Below, piece after piece: positions 53,301-64,000 of a stretch of DNA of 64,000 nucleotides. The notes beneath the pieces are model-generated. The model was not told the DNA's origin. It made no database searches and saw nothing but the letters and a program-made list of their open reading frames with translations. The DNA comes from Chrysomallon squamiferum (taxonomy: Eukaryota > Animalia > Mollusca), in contig CM022666.1 in NCBI GenBank assembly GCA_012295275.1, forward strand, positions 4,526,001 to 4,590,000, given 5' to 3'. The translations under genes were made by a program, and so were the position numbers. Every line of letters starts with the position of its first letter. The first letter of the stretch is position 1.

Positions 53301-55005
53301 CAACTGTCCTTGGATTGATCTGACATTTCAAAGTGCTCATTTAATTTAAGTAATGTATCAAACTTGGGACAAATTTGAATATAATGTATTAAAATCAAAT
53401 TTTTCTGAAACCCATTAATATCAATGGCCAAGAAATCCTTCCATGCAAAACAAGTAAAAAAATTTATTAACAAAAATTTGACTTGCTTTGGGAAATATGT
53501 TAATTACCGTATATACTTGTTTATAAGTCGAATTTTTGGGAGAATTTTTGGAATATTAAGGTAATATTTTTGGGGTCGACTTATACATAGGTAATGCTTT
53601 TGTAGCTGTTGCTGAAGAGTCGCCATTTTGACTATTTTTTGCTATGGGATGCATCTAAAATAATCGCGGTCTTTCAGCTTTTCAAAAATATAATTTTATC
53701 GTATAAAAAATTTTGAAAAATTAAATAACATTCCCAAATATGAATGTAAAACATGATATTCTTCTGTTTAATGACATAAAAATACATTTTAAAGCGAGAA
53801 AACCGTCAGTACGGCGTTATGTCTTACGGCGTCTTGCAATGATCTAGGAATGCAGACTTCTCTGCCAAATTGCACTAAATATTGGTCCTAATTTCATAAA
53901 CAAAACTCACTTGTGTAACTGTAAAGAATTTGGTGAAATAATATTGCAAAATCATTAATATCCACTACCAAGAAATTTTGTAAATCATAGAACGGCTAAA
54001 TATAACGGTAAGTTAGGTCTCCATGTTAGACCTATTACATTAAAGAGATACTATTTATGATACATTTAGGCTATAGCTCATGTAATACATGCATTTATGT
54101 TATTATGGTATGTTCGTGCAAGTTACAGCTCGTGCAAGTTATGTTACAGTAGGCGTACAATGTAGGCCTTCATGGCACTGTCACACTGGTCTAAAAATAG
54201 TGACGGTGCCTGGAATCTACAGTCGACTTATACACAAGTAATACCTAAAATGACGCAATTTTTGGTTTTAAAATACACATCGACTTATACATAAGGTCGC
54301 CTTGTACACAAGTATATACGGTAATATGACCATAAAGGTCTAGTAGATGTTCTGAACATTTTCAGAATATGGTCAAAGTATCCATTAAAATGTATTAGTG
54401 GATGAGATTGGTTGTGCATGTCCCCCAAAGAGATTTGGAATCACAGAATTCAGGAAAATATAAAAATATTTCAGGTGTCTGCATGGAAGTTGGGTGGAGC
54501 TGCATGTGCAGCCACGTTGGGACAGCAGCAAGAGCAACCACTTCTACTGCCACATCCGACCAATCACAGACCAGCATCTGGTTACCCTTGACTACCGCAT
54601 ATCTTATCAAGGGAGACCATTTCACAGAGAGCAGCTGGAGCTGTTTGGTGACAGTGAGTGGAAGAAAACTGGTGAAATGGTTCACAGGTACGTGAGGTGT
54701 AAGCATGCACATGCAAATCCTATCATTTGAAGGTAGTTTCTGTAGAGACGCATTTCATTTGGTGACAAAAATGAATTTTGTTATAAATTAATGATAGATA
54801 TTTTTATTTGTTTATTTACACCTATGTGTCAGTTATTATTCATTATTATTAAATAAAAACTGTATTTGATACCTAATAATTAATAAAAATAAATATTAAC
54901 ATATTGTGTTAATATAAGAAAGAAAACACCACTGCAAGCTCTACTCCATGTGTTGCATATTGTCACTTACCAGCAACAGATCCTTTTCAAAATACTGGAA
55001 ATACT

Positions 55006-55040
<35 letters not shown>

Positions 55041-56665
55041 ATTTTTTCATGGAAACAAATTTTTTTTTAAATCTTTCTTTTTAGAGAATATTTGTATTGA
55101 ACTCTTTACTAGGGGAGGTAACTTTATTCAAAAGATAATAACTTAGTTTCTTTCTACCATCTTATGAAATAACATTCTCATAGGGAGATAATTCTGTTTA
55201 ACTGAAGATAACTCAAACATTATCATAGGGGAGATAACTTTATTCAAAAGATCATATGAAGATAACTCAAAGGGCATTACCATAAGGGAGATAACTCTAT
55301 TCAGTTCTGAAGATAACTCAAAGGGAACTTTCTCCTTTCAGACACAAGCTGCTGGTGGTGAAAGTAGATTCCAAACTTTCACTGATGCCAGATTTCCTGG
55401 AAGGAGATTTGTCCCGGGGGTTTGGGCTTTTCAAGGTTGGTAAATACAAGAATCACGGGCACCCAGTGAAATCTTCAGTTGTCAGTGGAGAGTCTGTGCT
55501 CATCAGACCAATCAACCCCTTTGGAGAGAACAATGAAAAAACATGTAAGTTTCCATTTTGAAATAGGCCATCTTTGTCTCTTTTCATTCATCCTATCATC
55601 CATCCATCCATCCGTCCATCCATCCATCCATCCATCCATCCATCCATCCATCCATCTATTAATATGCACATAATATTACTTTTCTTGCCAATTTTGAACA
55701 AATAAATGAGCTCACATAAATATACATATGTACCCAAACTAAATTAAGATGTTACATGTGTTAATACCTGATTTCTGCCAGAGTATACAGTTATTCATCT
55801 ATGTATATGTATGTATTGTTATTTAAAACATATTTAAGCTTTTTACTTAAACAAGTTCCTAGACAAGTATTTCTAATAGCACTACTACTACTAGTAGAGT
55901 TACTATTACTATACTACAGTTAAAAACTATCTTATCTTTTGACTGTTGTTATTTATTTATTATTTTTATTGTTGTTGTTGTTGTTGTTCTTTTTCTTCTT
56001 CTTGTTCTTGTTCTTATTATTATTACTATTATAACTATTACTCTTATGACTGTTACTGTTTTTGTTATTGTTATTGTTATGGTTATTGTTATTGTTATGG
56101 TTATTGTTATGGTTATTGTTATTGTTATGGTTATGGTTATGGTTATGGTTATGGTTATGGTTATGGTAATGGTTATGGTTATGGTTATGATTATTGTTAT
56201 TTTTATTGTTTTTGTTATTGTTATTGTTTTTGTTATTGTTATTGTTATTGCTATTGTTATTTCAGCAAGCCCTGACTCAACAGTGATGGAATACTCTGTA
56301 ATTGCTACAGAACAGGAAGGACCTTACAAACCCAACACGGACATGTTTGTGGTTACCTACGGCAACCACTCATTTCCATATCAGGTGACACATCGGAATG
56401 AGGCTCCGACCCTGGATGTCACTCTTCCACACGAGTTGTCAGTTCTGGAACATGTCTTCCCATTTGTCGCTCTGCAGCACAAGACACTGAATGGAAACAT
56501 TTCTAACAATGGCTCCCATTGGCTGGTGCATGTAATGGGCAGGACTAAGTCATGTCCTGGTAGGATGGATTCCATTGGTTGATAATAATAACAAAACAAA
56601 AATAATAATAATAATAATAATAAAAAATAGGAAGAAACTGATAATAATAATAATAATAATAATAA

Positions 56666-56696
<31 letters not shown>

Positions 56697-56905
56697 AAGA
56701 AGAAACTAATTAATTAATTTATAAATTAATAAAATAATATACAAAAACCCCCAATAATAATAATAATAATCATCATCATCATCATCATCTTAATGATAAT
56801 AACTAATATAGTACTAACAATGATAATGATATAACAAGTAAATAATAGTGTTGATGACAATCAGGATGAAAGTAATAGTAGTAATAAATTAAAATATTAA
56901 TGATT

Positions 56906-56937
<32 letters not shown>

Positions 56938-58924
56938 CATATAAATAATAATAATATAAAATAACAACAACAACACAAAAAAAACAAAAACAACAACAAC
57001 AGAAAAAAAAAATAATATCACAAACATTATATTATATATATATTTTTATTTTTCATTTCAAACTAATTCAAAACTGTCTCAATCTTACCAGGTTTACTCC
57101 ATGCTGAGGTCTGCCACCCGGACTATCCCAGAAATCCTTTGTACAAATTCAAGATGGCCATCAGGTGTCCTCGGAAGTTCCACCTGAAGTTTGAAATACC
57201 AACAGACGACGATCCACTGCTGGAGAAGGAGATGGTGATCAGTTTCACAGACAATACTACCAAGCATGTGCTGAGAGTGTTCAGACCTGCCCCTGCCAGT
57301 TCCAAGGTGGAGCTAAATGAACATCAGTTGCCCCTTGGTAAATCATTAATAATTAAATTAGTATTAGATTAGTTCTACTGTAGACGGATGTTGCGTTTTT
57401 GAAAAATTAGGTCTCTGTTTAGAATATAAGTCATAAAAGATTAATTATAATTGTTGTTATTTAAAAAAAAAAATTTATAATGTTTTTAAATTCCCATTTT
57501 TCGTTAAAATTTGTTGTTTAGATTGTTATTGATAATTGAAATAGTGTCCTTGTGAAATGTTGTGTTCTTGTCCTTAGTGGAACTTCCTGAGAACAGTTTT
57601 TTCTCTGAAACAAAATGAAACTATTCTTGTCACTACTTGAACAGTGTGAAAAAAAGTGTTCTTGTTACCTAGGTGGAACATTGATTTCTTGTCACTAAGT
57701 GGTTAATTGTATCTTGAGTGAAATTATATTAAGTGAAATGTAGATTTTTGTCTTTAACACTAGCTGAAATTATTACTATTGCTATTAATTGAAACAGTTT
57801 TTCAGTGTCAGAAACACTAACATTCACTATCACTAACTGAAATAAAACTATTCACTCTCTCTAATGAAAGACAAACTGTCACTAACAAATTTAATTAATG
57901 CCTCAACATTTCAAAGCATCGCTTTTGTTTTCTCCATTTCAGACCCTGATATTCCAAGTTTGCAAGTGAAAACACACATATCTGGTCCATCAGGAGCCAA
58001 AGGAGCCATATTTTCTATCCCCTACCTGACATCAGTGTGTGGTGCTGTCATTCTCCTCCTTGTTCTAGCAGCCTTTGGTCTTGCCTTGGCTCCAGGTATT
58101 GGTTTGCAGATAACACACACCAAAACTTATCCTCACACTGAACTCTGTATACCAGAGTGAATCATTCAAGCTTAGCTATATTTGAGTTATTTGTGTTGTG
58201 CTTTAAGTTACTCTGACATTTTGCGAGTTATGCAGGCATAATTGTTTTGGGAGTGCTGATAGGTTTTTGTTTTATGCATCTGTATTTTTATAATCTGGAC
58301 ATGTTTTAACATACCTATATGAAAGTTTGTTCTGCTGCTGAAGCAGTTAATTTAATTACATTACTTAAATTTTCAAGTTTTGAATTAATAATAGTAATAA
58401 TAATAATAATAGTAATAATAATAATAATAATAATAATGATAATAATAATAAAAATGATAATAATAATAATTGTAAAGTAATAATAGTAACTGTAACAAAA
58501 ATAATAATTACAAAAGCAAAAGCAATAACAATAACATTAATAACAATAATAGTTATAGTAACAGTAGCAATAATAATAATATTAATAATAACAGTAATAG
58601 CAATACAGTAATATGAATAATAATAATAAAAATGATAATAATAATAATAATAATAATTGTACAGTAATAATAGTAACTAATAAAAATAATAATGACAAAA
58701 GCAAAAGCAATAACAATAACAATAATAATAGTTATATAATAACAGTAGCAGTAATAATAATATTAATAATAACAGTAATAGCAATACAGTAATATGAATA
58801 ATAATAAAAATGATAATAATAATAATTGTAAAGTAATAATAGTAACTGTAATAAAAATAATAATAACAGAAGCAAAAGCAATAACAATAACATTAATAAC
58901 AATAATAGTTATAGTAACAGTAGC

Positions 58925-58955
<31 letters not shown>

Positions 58956-59298
58956 TAATAAAATAAATAAATAAATAAAAACAGTATGAAGGAGTTAAAA
59001 TATGTTAATCTGTAATTGTAAACTAATTAATCTATATTTAATTATAATTGATGTTCACAGATTTGCCTGGACCGGAATCCCCCCATGTCAAACTCTCTTA
59101 CATCTTGATGATGATTGGTTACGTAACAATCAACTTTCTCTACAGTGTCATTGTTACCATGACGATATTCACCATTGTCATTGTTGCCTACAACAGGTAT
59201 AGTATACCAATATTTAATTTCATATCTCTGTTAAAGCCATTTGGACTTTTTGGGAAGTTTCAGTTTGACCATGAAAACAGTTGTGATTTGAATTTATA

Positions 59299-59383
<85 letters not shown>

Positions 59384-62300
59384 CCTTATCTCTGTCTCTT
59401 TCAACTATTTTTTTATATCCATCACTATCTATTTAACACCGTGTCATACAATTTATTCCAGCATATCACACTGGATAGTAGATACATTTCGTATTCGACA
59501 CCACGTCAGTATAATAAAACCTGTATAGTCTAATGCATTGTTAATTTTCAGTGAAAATGCCTCATTCATCTCACAATACAAGAAACAGACAGAGGCAAGA
59601 GCTGCCACACATTACCTGGAGCTGAACAGTATGTGGCATCACATGTTGACCGAGATTGAGAGGCAGAACTCACTGGCCAACCGTACAAAGATTGGTTGTG
59701 AGCAGAGCATAAAACCTGTAATTCAGGACATCAGACAGGTGAGTCAACTCACTCACTCTCCAGACATTCAAAGACTGGTTGTGAGCAGAGCATAAAACCT
59801 GTAATTCATGACATCAGACAGGTGAGTCAACTTACTCACTAGCCAGTCCTTCAAACATCAGTTGTGAGCAGAGCATAAAACCTGTAATTCACGACATCAG
59901 ACAGGTGAGTCAACTCACTCTCTAGCCAGATATTCAAAGATTGGTTGTGAGCAGAGCATAAAACCTGTAATTCATGACATCAGACAGGTGAGTCAGCTCA
60001 CTCACTGGCCAACCGTACAAAGAATGGTTGTGAGCAGAGCATAAAACCTGTAATTCATGACATCAGACAGGTGAGTCAACTCACACACTAGTCAGACATT
60101 CAAAGACTGGTTGTGAGCAGAGCATAAAACCTGTAATTCAGGACATTAGAACATGGTGAGCTGAATTGTGTAGACGTGAGTAAAAGACTGGATGTCCAAT
60201 GAAAGTGCCAAAACAGGAATAAAATAGAATGAAATGAAATGAAATAAAGTGAAATAAAATGGATAGTTGATGTTTTGGTATGAGACAGTTTAAACTGGAT
60301 GTTTTGTTTCATGGGCAGTTTGAAATATGCAAATAAGGAAAATGTATTTTACATGGTGGGAAGCCAGGATTCAAAGAACTAGAACTTCTCAATTTTACTT
60401 GTTTCATTTATATTTTTTATTTATTTATTTATTTATTATTTTTTTTATTACTAATATAATATAATGTCCAAAATATAATTGTTATTTGTAGTTTATTTAT
60501 TTATTTACTTTATTTATTTATTTATTTATTTATTATTTTTTTGGCTGGTTTTGGAAATGGTTGTGTGAGGGAAGAAAATATTGTACTGTTCTTAATTAAA
60601 GTTGTCTGTGTTTTTCAGCTTCAAGAGGATCTGCTCAGCCAATCCGAAGATCTGTTAATGAAGGAAAACATAAAAAATGTCTTACACAGTCATGCACAGG
60701 AGGCAATGAGAAGAATGTCCCAGGATCTCTACTCATTCAGGTGCAATTTAGTCACTGAATTAAACAAGGCTAGATGAATGAGGGATGGATAGAAATAATA
60801 TGATACAAGATTATTTTGAACTAATTTTTTCTTTTTAATGTTTTATTGATATAACATAATTATTGAAGTTTTTTTGACCAAACATACACTGACACACATA
60901 CAAACTAATAAAACCCCAGAAACACACACGCATGTACACACAACACCCAAACACACATATGTACATACATGCATATAGACAGACAGACAGACAGACTGAC
61001 ATACAGACATACATACCCACATATATACATATACAAACACATGAACACACTTGACTAGGTGCATTACATACATATATGTATACATACATACATATACACA
61101 CACATACATGTACACCCACAAGCATGCAGATACATAAACACACACACACATACATAAAAACAGATACTTAAATCAGAACACACTTACTCACAGAATACAT
61201 ACACACATACACACACACACACATGCATTCATACACACATACACGTTATACCACGCAGTTAAAACAAATACATACACACTGTGTTTTCCAGAGACAATTT
61301 CAACCGCTACGTTCAGCATCTACTGTCACAGCTGTCGCACGATGTCGAGATGACGCTGAAGGAGATTCAGAACAACAAGTGGTTGGCAGGGGCTCGCTTC
61401 CTCCACGGTGCTGTCATCAACATCAGAAAACATCTCAACAACGTCTCATCCAAGAAGTTCATGGATTGGGCACATCTCAATGAAGATGTTTCAAAACTGA
61501 ATGTTGGTGAGTAATTTTTACTGAGCATTTTTTTCTTTTTTTCAAAAATATATTTTAAACATTTTTTAAGTAATCTAAATGAGGATTTATCACAGTGAAT
61601 GTTGGTGAGAGTGGGAAAAAACATTTTAAATTTTTACTTTTTTTTTTTTTTTTTTTTAAATTTTTGAGTAATTTAAATGAAGATGTGTCAAAGCTGAATG
61701 TTGGTGAGAGAGAGAAAAGTTATTTTTACTGATTACTTTTTTTGTTAATAATATGTATTTTCAGAATTCAATTTCGTTCTGAAAGACATTTCTAAAAATT
61801 GATGATAAATTGTTGTTTTGTTTTGATGGTTTTGGGACTGAGGAAATGTTTCTGTTATTGTTATTGTAACTGTTGTTGTTATAATCATTATCATTGTCAG
61901 TATCATCATCATCATCATCATCATCATCGTTATTATTACATTGTTATTGTTACTATCACTTCTGCTACAACTACTGCTACTATTACCATTACCACTATTA
62001 CTACTATTTTCTCATTCAGCATCATCAATACCTTTACCCAGCGTTCCACAGTTTGACGGCATCCCAAAACCTACAGTGGAATCAAACGGCAAAATGAGGA
62101 TCACTAGAAATCTGGAAGAGAACCCAAATCACGTACGCGAAATCATCATTCACAATCACTGGCTCTTTCCTTTCTCCGAGTCAAGTCAAGGGGAGGTAAA
62201 CCAGGCTGCCAGACAGCGAAAACCTCAAAGCGGAGTGAAGGGAAATTCTGTGACAGCATTCTGTGTGATATTCGGTTTGATGGTTGTGGTTGATATTTTG

Positions 62301-62388
62301 TTGTTTGCTCATCGGATGGCTAAGACAATCTCGTTTGCTAAGCTTCTGTTGTATGGGTACCCTGAGTATGTGGACTATAAGGAAACAG
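44234..62388 (+). CDS. Unit C: uncharacterised EGF/cbEGF/TNFR-repeat multi-pass membrane protein, 19 exons, ~1182 codons in window, 5' start unresolved and 3' end beyond the window
   Basis: join(44234..44436,44713..44850,48201..48323,49392..49466,50002..50076,50583..50657,51150..51287,51794..51969,52424..52830,54475..54687,55342..55544,56266..56559,57092..57337,57943..58095,59061..59196,59552..59738,60619..60740,61292..61506,62020..62388). Every junction is phase-consistent with no internal stop. Confidence 0.88.
44713..44850 (+). CDS. Unit C exon: EGF-like domain
   Basis: [32 protein letters not shown], six-Cys EGF pattern, phase 1-1 exon. Confidence 0.9.
45721..46745. repeat. 50-bp tandem satellite, about 20 copies, intronic
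   Basis: Unit G(G/T)GTCATTCCATGTCAAATCAGCCAATGGGTTTGACTGTAACTTGTATAG at 45721, 45771, 45821 and onward. Confidence 0.95.
48201..48323 (+). CDS. Unit C exon: calcium-binding EGF domain
   Basis: [41 protein letters not shown], cbEGF consensus, 123-nt phase 1-1 exon. Confidence 0.92.
49392..49466 (+). CDS. Unit C exon: TNFR-like Cys-rich repeat 1
   Basis: [25 protein letters not shown], 75-nt phase 1-1. Confidence 0.85.
50002..50076 (+). CDS. Unit C exon: TNFR-like Cys-rich repeat 2
   Basis: [25 protein letters not shown], 75-nt phase 1-1, donor G|GTGAGT. Confidence 0.88.
50583..50657 (+). CDS. Unit C exon: TNFR-like Cys-rich repeat 3
   Basis: [25 protein letters not shown], 75-nt phase 1-1. 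Confidence 0.85.
51150..51287 (+). CDS. Unit C exon ending at a GC donor
   Basis: [46 protein letters not shown]; the phase-1 donor is AG|GCAAGT. Confidence 0.75.
51794..51969 (+). CDS. Unit C ectodomain exon
   Basis: tttcag|, [28 protein letters not shown]...HYNKLN, donor |GTGAGC. Confidence 0.85.
52005..52395. repeat. 18-20-bp AT-rich minisatellite filling an intron
   Basis: ATTTTACATTTA(C/T)TGTATTA, about 20 copies. Confidence 0.9.
52424..52830 (+). CDS. Unit C Cys-rich ectodomain exon
   Basis: [20 protein letters not shown]...[10 protein letters not shown]...[25 protein letters not shown], donor AA|GTGAGT. Confidence 0.9.
53507..54321. mobile_element. Non-autonomous TcMar (Tc2/pogo-like) DNA transposon, 815 bp, intronic
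   Basis: 25-bp TIRs CCGTATATACTTGTTTATAAGTCGA versus revcomp CCGTATATACTTGTGTACAAGGCGA (3 mismatches), TA on both flanks, internal TCGACTTATAC repeats at about 53577, 54224 and 54280. Confidence 0.85.
54475..54687 (+). CDS. Unit C ectodomain exon
   Basis: tttcag|, [29 protein letters not shown]...GEMVH, donor AG|GTACGT. Confidence 0.88.
55342..55544 (+). CDS. Unit C ectodomain exon
   Basis: ctttcag|, [18 protein letters not shown]...NNEKT, donor T|GTAAGT. Confidence 0.88.
56266..56559 (+). CDS. Unit C ectodomain exon
   Basis: tttcag|, [20 protein letters not shown]...[13 protein letters not shown], donor G|GTAGGA. Confidence 0.85.
57092..57337 (+). CDS. Unit C ectodomain exon
   Basis: cttaccag|, [27 protein letters not shown]...EHQLPL, donor G|GTAAAT. 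Confidence 0.87.
57943..58095 (+). CDS. Unit C exon with a transmembrane helix
   Basis: [29 protein letters not shown], donor CAG|GTATTG. Confidence 0.87.
59061..59196 (+). CDS. Unit C exon with a long hydrophobic/TM segment
   Basis: [33 protein letters not shown], donor AG|GTATAG. Confidence 0.87.
59552..59738 (+). CDS. Unit C exon (predicted helical region)
   Basis: [62 protein letters not shown], donor CAG|GTGAGT. Confidence 0.88.
59669..60161 (+). repeat. 83-bp tandem repeat, ~6 copies, made of an exon 3' end plus its splice donor
   Basis: ...GGTTGTGAGCAGAGCATAAAACCTGTAATTCA(G/T/C)GACATCAGACAG|GTGAGTCA; donors after 59738, 59821, 59904, 59987, 60070 and a degenerate one after 60155. 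Confidence 0.95.
60619..60740 (+). CDS. Unit C exon (predicted helical region)
   Basis: tttttcag|, [40 protein letters not shown], donor AG|GTGCAA. Confidence 0.83.
61292..61506 (+). CDS. Unit C exon (predicted helical region)
   Basis: ttttccag|, [36 protein letters not shown]...SKLNV, donor G|GTGAGT. Confidence 0.88.
62020..62388 (+). CDS. Unit C exon with a further TM helix; gene continues beyond the window
   Basis: ...[46 protein letters not shown], donor CAG|GTAATT, no stop reached. Confidence 0.87.
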
Positions 62389-62569
62389 GTAATTAGTTAT
62401 TTGTTTATGGACACTTCAGTGCATATTATTATTAGTAGTAATTAATAAAGGTATTTAATTGTTTATTGAAGTTTAACACATTTTATTGTGTTTGATTAGT
62501 AGGTCAAAGATATGTAAATTAATTTTCTTTTAGTAATAATAATAATAAAGCAATAATAAAGGAATAGTA

Positions 62570-63102
62570 GTACTACTACTACTGCTGCTGCTACTACTAC
62601 TAATAATAGTAATAACAATAACAAAATACTAATACTATTAATAACATTAATAATAATAATAATAATAATATAAATAATAAAGAAATAATAACATTAATAC
62701 AACTACTACTACTACTATTAATAATAATCACAAAATAACTACTACTGCCACTATTGTTATAACTACTACTACTACTACTACTACTATTACAACTACTATT
62801 ACTACTACTACTATTACAGCTACTATTACTACTACTACTATTACTACTGCCACTATTGTTATAACTACTACTACTACTACTACTACTACTATTACAACTA
62901 CTATTACTACTACTACTATTACAGCTACTATTACTACTACTACTATTACTACTGCCACTATTGTTATAACTACTACTATTACTACTACTACTATTACAAC
63001 TACTATTACTACTACTACTATTACAGCTACTATTACTACTACTACTATTACTGCTACTATTACTACTGCTACTATTACAGCTACTATTACTACTACTACT
63101 AT

Positions 63103-63140
<38 letters not shown>

Positions 63141-63141
63141 T

Positions 63142-63173
<32 letters not shown>

Positions 63174-63913
63174 TTACTACTGCCACTATTGTTATAACTA
63201 CTATTACTACTACTACTATTACAACTACTATTACTACTACTACTATTACTACTACTACTTACTACTATTACTACTACTACTACTATTACTACTACTATTA
63301 CTACTACTACTATTACTATTGCTACTATTACTACTACTACTACTACTGCTACTACTACTACTACTACTTACTACTGCCACTATTGTTATAACAACTACTA
63401 TTACTAATACTACTATTACAACTACTATTACTACTACTACTATTACAGCTACTATTACTATTACTACTATTACTGCTATTATTACTACTACTATTATTAT
63501 TACTGCTACTATTACAGCTACTATTACTACTACTACTATTACTACTACTACTATTACTACTGCCACTATTGTTATAACAACTACTATTACTATTACTACT
63601 ATTACAGCTACTATTACTACTACTACTATTACTGCTACTATTACTACTGCTACTATTACAGCTACTATTACTACTACTACTATTACTACTACTACTATTA
63701 CTACTGCTATTAATGTTGTTATTATGACCAGAACCACAGTTGTTGTTACTACTAATTCTACTACATTATTAATTTTATTATTACTGTTATTACAACAACT
63801 ACTACTACTACTGCTGTTATTATTATTATTATTATTATTTTTTTTATTATTGATTATTATTATTATTATTATTATTAATATGTTTTATTATTATTATTAT
63901 TATTAAATTTTTG

Positions 63914-63965
<52 letters not shown>

Positions 63966-64000
63966 GTAGTAGTCTTATAGTTGTTGTTATTGTTGTTGTT
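62570..64000. repeat. (ACT/ATT)n trinucleotide-rich compound microsatellite
   Basis: Seen directly; explains the poly-V/I/T ORFs in the ORF track. Confidence 0.95.

Noticed and set aside
55946-56275. (YG)n/(CY)n ORF resembling a Gly/Tyr-rich shell or cuticle protein
   Set aside because: It is a (TTATGG/TTATTG)n microsatellite inside an intron of unit C, without an ATG or signal peptide
62728-63906. Poly-Thr/Ile mucin-like and poly-Val ORFs
   Set aside because: (ACT/ATT)n microsatellite in an intron

Overview
AT-rich, microsatellite-dense eukaryotic (metazoan) genomic DNA. Degenerate SINE fragments resemble, from memory only, a gastropod SINE family; the taxon is not verified. Nearly all ORF-track entries are simple-repeat artefacts. 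Splicing by hand gives three intron-containing coding units around a CpG-rich bidirectional promoter at about 31.1-32.0 kb. Gene A (minus strand, ATG 31105, ~179 aa) has a signal peptide, small ectodomain, one TM helix and a short tail. Gene B (plus strand, ATG 34378, 716 aa) has the same layout and intron phases as A and looks like a diverged head-to-head paralog. Its ~590-aa disordered tail carries EVH1 (FPPPP), PP1 (RVxF) and tyrosine motifs. Unit C (plus strand, 19 phase-consistent exons 44234-62388, >1180 aa, 3' end outside the window) has a signal-like segment, EGF, cbEGF, three TNFR-like repeats, a long Cys-containing ectodomain and at least three TM helices. Unit C has no ATG for its signal-like N-terminus. 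Three phase-2 donors could supply one. The first overlaps the stop codon of B (TA|GTAAGT) and would fuse B and C into one ~1900+ aa polyprotein-like ORF. The second is a 35-nt ATG-bearing exon inside intron 1 of B, giving interleaved genes. The third lies 11 nt into B's ORF. Also present: a GC-AG intron, tandem repeats that copy exon ends with their splice donors, a Tigger transposase relic, a Tc2-like non-autonomous element and many minisatellites. No gene symbols are assigned. All models are hand-derived and need RNA evidence.
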